Origin: Puniceicoccaceae bacterium
GTDB lineage: Bacteria; Verrucomicrobiota; Verrucomicrobiia; Opitutales; Coraliomargaritaceae
Assembly (NCBI GenBank): GCA_018402305.1
Contig: JAGYJE010000013.1
Coordinates: forward strand, 50,790 to 82,789
Direction of reading: 5' to 3'
DNA length: 32,000 nucleotides
Translations under genes and position numbers: made by a program
Shown here: one piece after another, positions 1-8,600 of the stretch
Layout: each line of letters starts with the position of its first letter
Position numbering within the stretch: the first letter of the stretch is position 1
Notes under the pieces: generated by a model
Told to the model about the DNA's origin: nothing
What the model saw: only the letters and a program-made list of their open reading frames with translations
Database searches by the model: none

Positions 1-2
1 CC

Positions 3-221
3 TTCACCAACAAGCGCCGCACCCTTCTCAAGATCCTTTACTGGGATGGCAGCGGACTCTGGGTTCTGGCAAAGAGACTTGAGAAAGGCACCTTCTCATG
101 GCCCAAGTCATCGGATGTCAGGGATGGAAAACTCCGGCTCAACTCCACTGCGCTCGCTCTCCTGCTCGACGGCATCGACATGCGCGACGGCTGCCAGCGG
201 CCATGGTATGAGATCCGCTGA
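3..221 (+). CDS. tnpB: IS66-family accessory protein TnpB (Orf2), C-terminal fragment; 5' end lies outside the window
   Basis: Frame 3 reads [72 protein letters not shown], with the stop TGA at 219-221. This matches the characteristic IS66 Orf2 C-terminal pattern (WDxxG, KRLExGxFxWP, LLLxGID). The transposase frame follows 57 nt later, as is typical for IS66. Confidence 0.8.
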   Translation, partial: FTNKRRTLLKILYWDGSGLWVLAKRLEKGTFSWPKSSDVRDGKLRLNSTALALLLDGIDMRDGCQRPWYEIR

Positions 222-278
222 AAAAATCCTCATTATCCCGTGAAAATGGCTCGCGGTGTGCTACTACATATCTAGTAA

Positions 279-1839
279 ATGGACGAGGACGAAAGACAGC
301 ACCTGCTAGACATGCTTGCCAAGCGCGACGAGGTCATCGCACGCCAAGCCGCCGAAATCGTCGTCCTCAGGCAAACCATCGACGCCCTCTGCCGCCGCGT
401 CTTCGGCAAATCCAGCGAAACGCTCGACCCCGCCCAGCTCGAACTTATGCTCGGAGGCGACTTCGCAAAAAAAGCCCCCGCCGCCGATCCCGCAGACCCC
501 GGACCGGCGGCTGAAATCCCGCTCACAAAAAGGCTCACAAAAGACCCGCGCCCCGCATCCCCGACCACCTTCCCATCGTCCGCGAAGAACTCGATCCGCC
601 CGAAGTCCTGCTCAACCCCGGCGACTTCCGTCGCATCGGCGAGGAAGTGCGCGAGCAACTCCACTTCAAGCCCGCCGAGTTCATCCGCATCCAACTCGTG
701 CGCGGTAAATTCGTTCGCAAGAACGACCCCGCCGCCAAGCCCTTCATCAACCCGCTGCCACCCTCCCTCCAAGACCGTTGCATCGCCACCCCGGCCTCAT
801 CGCCGAAGTCATCGACAACCGCTTCATCTGCCACCTCCCCTACTACCGGCAAGCCGAAATGTTCGCTAGGATGGGAGTGCACATCCACCGCAAAACCCTT
901 TGCGACTGGGCGCTGCTCGCCTCCGACTGGCTCTCTATCATCTACCGGAAATCAATACGAACATTGGCGCGCCCTTTACCGACAGATCGACGAAACCCCC
1001 ATCCATTACCTCCAACCCGGCAGCAAGGCCCAAACCGGCTACCTCTGGACGTCTAACATCCTGACGGAACCGTCTTCTACCACTGGCATGACGCCGCGAC
1101 GCCAAAGGCATGACCGGACTCTTCGGAAAAACCGAGGCCACCAACGATGGCCAAGGCATCGATCCCAATCCTTGCCCGCTCCTGCGTATCATCCAGTGCG
1201 ACAGCTACGCCGTCTATCCATCCTGGGCCAAGGACAAAACTTGGATCAAACTCATGGGCTGCCACTCCCACGTGCGGAGGAAATTTTTGAATCCACCGAG
1301 CAATCGCCGAGGCTTGTCGCCTGGATCCTGCGTCAAATCGCCCACCTCTATCACATCGAAAAGCGCCTGCGCGAAACCAAAGACCCCGCCCTGCGCGAGG
1401 CCGTGCGCGCTGCCGAAGTCGCATGGTTCACCGGCGGCTCAAGAAAGCCATCGACAAACTTGCCCTCCGGCGTTCCATCCTGCCCAGAGCAAACTCGGCA
1501 AAGCCATCAGCTACGCCATCAACCAATGGCCCAACCTCGAAACCTATCTTGCCGATGGTCGGGTGGAAATTTGCAACAACCTCGTGGAAAACGCGATCCG
1601 CCCGACCAAGTTGGGAGCCAAAAGCTGGCTGTTCCTCGGCAACGAGGAGTCCGGCCAAAAGTGCGCCATCCTCTACACCATCGTGGAGAACTGCCGCCGT
1701 CTGGGAATCAATCCCAAGGAATACCTCACCGACGTGCTCACCCCGCCTGCCCGGTATGGTGGCCAAAGACGCCGTCACGCTGACCCCAGCCAACTGGCTC
1801 AAAGCCCGCAACGGCAAGCCAGGGCGTATGGCGGCGTGA
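279..1839 (+). pseudogene. IS66-family transposase (TnpC/Orf3), disrupted by multiple frameshifts
   Basis: IS66 transposase homology is spread over all three + frames (ORFs 279-869, 647-1783, 778-1056, 1110-1847, 1423-1839). Recognisable segments include LRQTIDALCRRVFGKSSETLDPAQLEL, REQLHFKPAEFIRIQLVRGKF, IAEVIDNRFICHLPYYRQAEMFARMGVHIHRKTLCDW, IQCDSYAVYPSWAKDK..KLMGCHSHVRRKF, FESTEQSPRLVAWILRQIAHLYHIEKRLRE and LGKAISYAINQWPNLETYLADGRVEICNNLVENAIRPTKLGAKSWLFLGNEESGQKCAILYTIVENCRRLGINPKEYLTDVL. At least five frame switches are needed to join them. Confidence 0.85.
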
Positions 1840-1927
1840 CTTCATAAGTGTCATAGATCTGCAAACTATGAAACCTATGAAGCGGTTGGAGCAACAACCG
1901 ACGCAAGGCACTACAGACCCCGCTTAC

Positions 1928-3027
1928 GCTGTTGTAGTGCTTGCCTGCCTTGAAATAGTTCATCAGCAGCTCCTCGTGGTTGCGAAGGGTGCGGACGAAT
2001 TTCTTCATCGGGTCGAGCTGGCTGCGCATCGCGCGGGTGCACCATTTGCGCAGATACCACCTCGCCCAGTGCGGGCTGTTGTATTGCCAAAAGGCGTCAA
2101 AGGATTCCTTTAGCATCCATGCCCTGACGGTTTTGAGATCATACTTGAGCAGGTCTCCGAGCGGCGGCTTGCCCGACGGTGAAGTTGCAGGGACGTTTCA
2201 GGAAACAAGCGCGATTTCCAAGGATGGGTTCGTAGCCTTCGGCGGCGAGCTTTTTACTTCCTGGCGGCGGACTTCATCGACGGCTTCGTTGAGCTTCTTG
2301 ACGATGTGGAAGCGGTCGAGGACGTTGAGCGCGGCAGGCAGCATGGCGGCGATGACGTTGAGATAGGGCTTCCACATGTCGGAGCAGACGACCTTGATCT
2401 GCGCGCAACGTTCCGCACCCAGGGTTGCGAAAAACCGGTGAGCGATGCGGTGTCGCGATCTTTGATGACACCGAGGAGGCGACGGCAGCCGCCGTCGATC
2501 TGATAGACGAGGGTCATATATTTGTGGCCTTTGCTGTAAGTGACCTCATCGACCCCGATGGCGGTGATGCCCTCCAGCTCCCTGTGCCTGAGGCCGAAAT
2601 CGACGACCCATTTCACCGAGCGGCAGACGTTGTCCCAGCTGGTGTGGAAACAGCGGCGGTTTCCTTCAGCTCAGGCGCCTAGCCCAGGAGGCGAGGAAAT
2701 GGCGGTAGGCGTCACAGCAGGAATGCTTGCCCTGCGCCCATGGGACGCTCTCCACTTTGACTCCGCATCTCGGGCAATCCACGCGGCGCATGCTGTAGGA
2801 GAAGGAGATGGGGATGTTCCAGATCGGGATGAACTCAAATTCGCGGGGAGCATGCGGTCGTAACCGGGCCGACGTATCCCGCAGCCGGAGCAGACGGGGC
2901 GGGAGTTGGCTCTGGGTATGATCTCGGCGATGAGGCGCGCCTTGTCTCCGGTTCCGCACATTTTCACGGAATGGTAAACGAAGCTCTTGAGTCGGTGGAC
3001 TTTGTTGAGTAGGGTCTTGATTTGAAT
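1928..3027 (-). pseudogene. ISL3-family transposase, frameshifted, start codon lost, C-terminally truncated
   Basis: The minus-strand frames can be joined to read (I)QIKTLLNKVHRLKSFVYHSV..IAEIIPRANSRPVCSGCGIRRPGYDRMLPREFEFIPIWNIPISFSYSMRRVDCPRCGVKVESVPWAQGKHS..FLASWARRLSW..VKWVVDFGLRHRELEGITAIGVDEVTYSKGHKYMTLVYQIDGGCRRLLGVIKDRD..CSDMWKPYLNVIAAMLPAALNVLDRFHIVKKLNEAVDEVRRQE..MLKESFDAFWQYNSPHWARWYLRKWCTRAMRSQLDPMKKFVRTLRNHEELLMNYF. This is the ISL3 transposase layout: a zinc-finger N-terminus followed by a DDE core. The expected ATG is ATT at 3027-3025. The conserved xVEGxN motif expected after ...YNS is missing at the IS66 junction. Confidence 0.8.
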
Positions 3028-3252
3028 TGGCGGTGCGCTGGTTGTTTTGTTGTCGCAAACAGATCCTGCCAGCCTCCGCCAGTTCATCAACCCTCCATGC
3101 GGATGAAGAGGAAGTTGCCCACAACAAACCGCTTCTCCGACGAGTTTCATACCCATTCTCGAATCGGTCTGTTGTGGACAACTTCCAAGAACCTCGCGCC
3201 GCTCCGCAGCGCTATGATGCCAGTCTTAACCCACAGATTTTGCGGAAGAGGC
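1928..3252 (-). mobile_element. ISL3-family insertion sequence remnant, 3' end truncated by the IS66 insertion
   Basis: It carries a frameshifted ISL3 transposase. The minus-strand sequence at 3252-3225 reads GCCTCTTCCGCAAAATCTGTGGGTTAAG, which resembles ISL3-family terminal repeats (typically GGCTCTT...). No matching repeat is seen at the low-coordinate end, where the IS66 end abuts. Confidence 0.55.
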
Positions 3253-3327
3253 TATTTTTCAAAAAATCTGAATCTAGGCATCCGTCTGTCTAAATCAACG
3301 ATCTGATCCAACCCAATCGCCAAATCC

Positions 3328-5661
3328 ATGCCGAAACCTTCGCCCACCCAAACCAAGCATTCCCGACCCAACGCCTTGGAAATGTTCACAGACCGAGTCT
3401 CGGAGCAGGCGATTCTCGCCCGTCTGCTCGCGCCTTCCAGCGCTATTACGGCTCAAAACACGGATTTCCTGACGGTCTTTTATGGTGTCGGCGGTGTGGG
3501 GAAAAGCACGCTTTGCCGGCGAGCAATGGAGACTTGCGCCGAGACCCATCAAAAAGTCGTTGTCGCCCTGATTAACCTCGATACCAATCTATGGAACACA
3601 AAGTCGCCCTTCGCGCACTTGATCGGGGAATTGGTCCACTCCCTCCTCGCGAAGGGAGTCCAGACCCGCCTCGCCCAGGCGCTGCTACTGATTTACTCCC
3701 GTGTCGATGCCGCATTGCCACTTCGTGAGGAGTCCTCGGCTGTCTGGCAGGGCGCCCTCTCTGTGCTCGACCAAGCCACGCAGACTATCGGCATCCCAGG
3801 CTTCTCTCTCGTAGTGCAAGGTGCCCAATGGCTCAAAGACCGAAAAGAGCAGTCAGATACCGAAACTCGATTAAAGAGGCTCGGTCTCTGGCCAGATTGG
3901 CTGGACGGAAAAGTGAATCTAGCCGACCTCGAGAAAAAGCTCGGATTGGCGCTCTTTGAGGACCTTCGTGATTGGTCCGGTAAGGAAGGTCACCTGCGCT
4001 TCTTGATTGATGGCTTCGAACGGATTCAGGGGCACGAGCGCCACGAGGACTGCCAACTCCGGCTCCAGCAATTCATTGGCTACTTTGCCGCCGACGAGGA
4101 TGCAGTCCTTAGGTCGCGATTGCGCTTCTTCATCTTTGGCCGTGAAAAACTCCGCTGGGACGAACTCTACGAGGATCCATCGTGGAACGACTACTGGACG
4201 CAGCATTTGCTCGGTGGACTCGGCGAAGCCGATGCCCGTGATTACTTGCGCAAACACGCACAATGGCTCGAGGACCACGGGGATCCGGTTTCCGGCAAGG
4301 CGGTGATCAATCACTCAGAGCGCATCCTCGATGCCGCAGATGAACGGATTCACAACGAGCGCACAGTCTACCCATTTTACCTCGAACTCGCTGTTGAAAT
4401 GGTCCGCGACGGCGCGCGCGCGGGCCAAATCCCCGACCTCGGCCGCACTCCGACCGAACTCCGCGACCGCTTCCTCCGCTACTTGCCCGAAGCCGACGGT
4501 CACTTGCTCAAGATCCTCGCTCTCGCGGAGACCTTCGATGCGGATATGTTCGATGCCCTTGTCCGCGAACAACGCGTCACCGGCCACGTGGTCGGGGGCT
4601 TTCGCACGGCGGTGGCGGAAGGGCGCTCGTATGTGATCTGCTCCGAAGGCTGCTGCCGATTCCACCGCCTGATGGAAGATGCCCTCCAAGACCAATGGCT
4701 ATTATCACAACCGAACCGCGAGCAGGGATGCAAATTGGTTGCGTGGCTTCTTGAACATCTTGCCACTCGATTCCAAGGAAAGCAACGCAAGGATTGGACA
4801 GCGGAAGATCTGGATATCTGGAGGCGCGGAGTGGAAATCATCATTTCCCAGGGCGAGGAGCTTGACCTCATGGATCGAAAACAAACCGATGATTTGCTTT
4901 CCGGGGAGCCTTGGAAGATCAAATTCCCGGCCACTTTCGATTCACAAGAAGCATTTTCGAAGAGAATATTGGAAAGTAGAGAAAAAGCCCTCGGGGCGGA
5001 GCATCTTGATACCCTGATGAGCGTCAACAATCTCGGGAATCTCCTGAGCGACAAAGGCGACTACGACGGGGCCGAGGCGCTCTACCGCCGCGCTTTGGAG
5101 GGCAAGGAAAAAGCCCTTGGGGCCGAGCATCCCGATACGCTGAGTAGCGTCAACAATCTCGGGAGTCTCCTAGGCGACAAAGGCGACTACGACGGGGCCG
5201 AGGCGCTCTGCCGCCGCGCCCTGGAGGGCTATGAAAAAGCCCTCGGGGCAGAGCATCCTGATACGCTGACTAGCGTCAACAATCTCGGGAATCTCCTGAG
5301 CAACAAAGGCGACTACGACGGGGCCGAGGCGCTCTACCGCCGGGCCTTGGAGGGCAGAGAAAAAGCCCTAGGAGCCGAGCATCCCGAAACTATAGCTAGT
5401 GCCTATTCATTGGCTTCTATGATCAATCGTCGCAACCGCCGTCCCGAAGCTATAGCACTCCTCCGCCGCTTCGCCTCATTCTCCGCCGCCTCCCGCGACG
5501 GCGTCGCCTACAATCTCGCCTGCTACGAATGCCTCGAGGGCAATCTTGAAGAAGCCAAGCGCCTGATCTCCGAACACCTCCAACTGCATCCCGAGAAGAA
5601 AGATCAAGCACTCGCGGATGAGGATTTTGCCGCCATTCATGATTTTATCCGATCGCTGTGA
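3328..5661 (+). CDS. STAND-type P-loop NTPase with C-terminal kinesin-light-chain-type TPR repeats; no N-terminal effector domain
   Basis: Uninterrupted 777-aa ORF. It has a pre-Walker motif FTDRVSEQAILARLL, Walker A VFYGVGGVGKSTL and Walker B-like LRFLIDGFERI. About four 42-aa TPRs follow (ALGAEHPDTLxSVNNLGxLLxxKGDYDGAEALYRRALEG), then a capping helix region YNLACYECLEGNLEEAKRLISEHLQLHPEKK. Its stop TGA (5659-5661) overlaps the GTG start of the next gene. Confidence 0.85.
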   Translation: MPKPSPTQTKHSRPNALEMFTDRVSEQAILARLLAPSSAITAQNTDFLTVFYGVGGVGKSTLCRRAMETCAETHQKVVVALINLDTNLWNTKSPFAHLIGELVHSLLAKGVQTRLAQALLLIYSRVDAALPLREESSAVWQGALSVLDQATQTIGIPGFSLVVQGAQWLKDRKEQSDTETRLKRLGLWPDWLDGKVNLADLEKKLGLALFEDLRDWSGKEGHLRFLIDGFERIQGHERHEDCQLRLQQFIGYFAADEDAVLRSRLRFFIFGREKLRWDELYEDPSWNDYWTQHLLGGLGEADARDYLRKHAQWLEDHGDPVSGKAVINHSERILDAADERIHNERTVYPFYLELAVEMVRDGARAGQIPDLGRTPTELRDRFLRYLPEADGHLLKILALAETFDADMFDALVREQRVTGHVVGGFRTAVAEGRSYVICSEGCCRFHRLMEDALQDQWLLSQPNREQGCKLVAWLLEHLATRFQGKQRKDWTAEDLDIWRRGVEIIISQGEELDLMDRKQTDDLLSGEPWKIKFPATFDSQEAFSKRILESREKALGAEHLDTLMSVNNLGNLLSDKGDYDGAEALYRRALEGKEKALGAEHPDTLSSVNNLGSLLGDKGDYDGAEALCRRALEGYEKALGAEHPDTLTSVNNLGNLLSNKGDYDGAEALYRRALEGREKALGAEHPETIASAYSLASMINRRNRRPEAIALLRRFASFSAASRDGVAYNLACYECLEGNLEEAKRLISEHLQLHPEKKDQALADEDFAAIHDFIRSL
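4981..5390 (+). repeat. Tandem 126-bp coding repeats (about 3.25 copies) encoding 42-aa TPR units
   Basis: Units start at 4981, 5107, 5233 and 5359, each beginning gaaaaagccctXggggc.gagcatc. Copies are nearly identical at the nucleotide level. The fourth copy diverges after about 30 nt. Confidence 0.9.
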
Positions 5662-8600
5662 CCACGCCATCCCGCACTGTCCGCGTATTCCTGAGCAGCA
5701 CCTTTCGCGACTTCGCCGAAGAGCGGGATCTGCTGGTCCGAAAGGTCTTTCCTGAGCTTCGACGCAAGTGCCGGGAGCGCCAAGTCGAGTTGGTGGACGT
5801 CGACCTGCGCTGGGGCATTACCGAGGAGGAGGCCCAGCAAGGCAAGGTGCTCCCCATTTGCCTTGCCGAGATAGATCGTTCGCGCCCATATTTCATCGGT
5901 CTATTGGGCGAGCGCTACGGTTGGGTGCCGGAAAAAGACCTGTATGATTCGTCGCTCTTGCTAGATCAGCCATGGCTTGAAGAGCACCGGGGCGGCAAGA
6001 GCGTGACCGAACTTGAGATCCTCCATGGGGTCCTCAACAACCCTGAAATGGCAGGCCACGCATTCTTTTATTTTCGGGATCCGGCCTATTCGTCGCGAAA
6101 AGGCGGTGACTACCTGAGCGATGGGGAGGAAGAGCGGATTCGCCTTGCCGCGCTAAAGGGCCGCATCCTGCGCAGTGGATTCCCGTTGGTCGAAAACTAC
6201 CCCGGACCCGAAGCGCTGGCAGAACGGGTGCGCGATGACCTTTGGAAACTCATCGACAAGACTTTTCCGGAGAGCGAGGTGCCCGACTCCCTCGCACAGG
6301 AACGCATGCAGCACGAGGGGTTCGCCTCTTCGCGACTCGGTCTCTACATCGGCGGAGAGTGTTATCTGCGGGCGCTTGATGCCGCGATCTCCGCGGATCC
6401 TCGCAAGCCGGTCCTGGTGTGCGGCGCTTCGGGCGGCGGCAAGAGCGCGCTTCTCGCAAACTGGGCCCAAAAGTATTCCCTGGCAAATCCCGAGGCGATC
6501 GTGCTTACCCACTTCCTCGCCACAGGAGCCGATGCTGCCCATTCGGTCAACATGGTTATCCGCCTTCTGCGGGAGATTTCGCGAATGACCGGCGAGGAAC
6601 TCGTGCTTGATGGCGATCCACGTAGGGCGCTTCCGATGCTGGAGGAGTGGTTGGAAAAAGCCGGGAATTTCGCCCATGAAAAAGGCGGCGTTTTTGTCCT
6701 CCTGCTGGACGCCCTCGACAAGATGACCGTGCACCGAGACCTCGACTGGTGGCCGAAGCGCTTGCCGGAAGGAGTCGCCCTCGTAGCCTCGTGCCTTGAT
6801 GGTGGCGTGCGCGACTCCGTAATGCCGAAAATGGAATGGACCGAATTGCGCGTCTCGCCGCTCGAGCGATCGGATTGCGAGAGATTCATCCGCGAACATC
6901 TGGCGAAATACCGCAAGTCGCTCACGCCGCAGCAAACAGCCTTGGTTCTGGGGCATCCGCTTTGCGGGAATCCCCTCTTCCTGCGGACTTTGCTCGAGGA
7001 GCTTCGCATCTTCGGAGTCCATGAAGAACTCAATCTCCGGCTCAAGCACTACACCGAGAGCGTTACCATCGATGACCTCTTCGAGAAAGTGCTCGAACGA
7101 GTGGAGTCCGACAACTCGCCAGAATCGGTTCGTGCGGCCTTGGAGGTGCTCTGGGCGGCAAAAGAAAGTTTCGCCGAGGATGAACTTCTTGCCGTCTCTG
7201 GATTGCCCCCGGCGGTTTGGGCTCCTATCCACATCGCCCTTGACGAATCACTCATTGGGGCAGGACGACGACTCGCCTTCGGCCACGACTACCTGCGAAA
7301 GGCCGTCGAGGACCGCTACCTTGACACGACAGAAGACCGGCAGCGTATTCAAAAATGCATGGCGCAACTCTGTGCCAAAGCGATGGTCACAGGTCGCAAG
7401 GAAATCTCCCATTATATCCGCCGCCATGCGGTGGAGCATTTCCTGGAGGCGGAGGATTGGGATAACGCCGCAGGTGCCTTGTCGGATCTGGAATTCATCG
7501 AGGCCCGAGCCATCGCGCAGGAACTGCCCTCTATGCTCAAGGACTATGCCGGGGCCGTGAAGTTGCTTCCCGAGGGCGAAAAGCAGCGCCAAACGGAAGC
7601 GGCCCGGCAGGCGGAGTTGGACCGCTACGCCAAGGAAATGGCGGAATACGCCGCCACATGGTCGCGCATCCGCGATGGGAGCGGCGAGAATGAGCCCATT
7701 CTACCCCAACCGCCACTTCAGGTGCGACTATGGACCCGCGAGGAAATCGCGGCGGAGCGCAAACGCATGACGGAAAAGCCCAATCGTTTGGACATCGTCA
7801 AGGCGTTCCGCGTGTTCCTTGCCACCCATGCGACCCCGCTCCAGAAATATGCCACGAGCAGGGGCTTTGCTGCCCACCTCGCCAGAAACGAGACTCCAGC
7901 GGGGCCTGTGCACGACGTCGGTGAGAGACTGCTTGAGTCATTGGATGGCATTAAACTCCTTAGGCAATACCAAACCGGGGAAACATACAATCCACTTCCC
8001 GCCTGTCAGGCTGTGCTCGAGGGGCATATGGATGAGGTCAATGAACTCGTCCTGAGCGCAGATGGAAGGCGTGTCATTTCGGGGAGCAGGGATAATACCA
8101 TTCGCGTGTGGGATTTGGAGAGTGGCGAGTGCCTGAAGGTGCTTGGGGAGGCGGGACTCTGGAACGGGGTAAATCGCGTGCTGAGTGTGGACGGAAGACA
8201 TGTCGTTTCGAGCACGTTACATACCATTTGCGTTTGGGATGTGGAGAGCGGAGAATGCCTAAAAGAATTCGAGCATGTGTGGTATTACGGGCATGTGCGT
8301 CGTGCTTATTATTATGATGTCACCTTCTTCCTTCTGAGCACGGATGGAAGACGTGTCATTTCGGTGAGTAAAGGCCGCATGCAGAACGTGCGACTGTGCG
8401 TGTGGGATGTGGATAGCGGCGAGTGCCTGAAAGTGCTCGAAGGGAATACAGGCGCGGTCAAGTCCCTCGTCCTTACCGCTGATGGAAAGCGTGTCATCAC
8501 GGAAAGTTTCTTCCCCGCGCAGGGGGAGTGGAATCAGGAGAGCAAAGCTTTTCAAGAAGCGGAGCGTCCTTCTTCCTCCACGCTACACGTGTGGGATGTG

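Larger units (their letters stand above)
1..1927 (+). mobile_element. IS66-family insertion sequence, partial (left part outside window), right end proposed at 1927
   Basis: Contains the tnpB (orf2) tail and an IS66-type transposase reading frame. The minus-strand sequence starting at 1927 reads GTAAGCGGGGTCTGTAGTGCC. IS66-family terminal inverted repeats typically begin with GTAA. The ISL3 transposase homology on the minus strand stops exactly at this point (...NYFKAGKHYNS|). Confidence 0.6.

Noticed and set aside
46-243. A 65-aa ORF at the left edge.
   Set aside because: It is an alternative frame of the IS66 tnpB tail. Frame 3 (3-221) carries the conserved IS66 Orf2 motifs.
1799-1927. The 3' extension of ORF 1799-2116 (minus strand), beyond ...KHYNS, considered as a genuine ISL3 transposase C-terminus.
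   Set aside because: The sequence after NS (VSGVCSALRRLLLQPLHRF...) lacks the conserved ISL3 C-terminal motifs and coincides with the proposed IS66 terminal repeat. It is read-through into the inserted element.
4981-5390. Regularly spaced near-identical 126-bp repeats, also at 8016-11080 and 21067-21444, considered as a possible CRISPR or other non-coding array.
   Set aside because: The repeats are contiguous with no unique spacers, are in frame within long ORFs, and translate to canonical TPR or WD40 units. They are coding repeats, not CRISPR.
6153-7232. A 359-aa minus-strand ORF, with a 227-aa ORF at 6362-7045, antisense to the NACHT domain of the 5658 gene.
   Set aside because: They have no recognisable motifs, are Arg/Gly/Pro-rich as is typical of antisense frames in GC-rich coding DNA, and are fully overlapped by a gene with clear Walker motifs and paralogue support.
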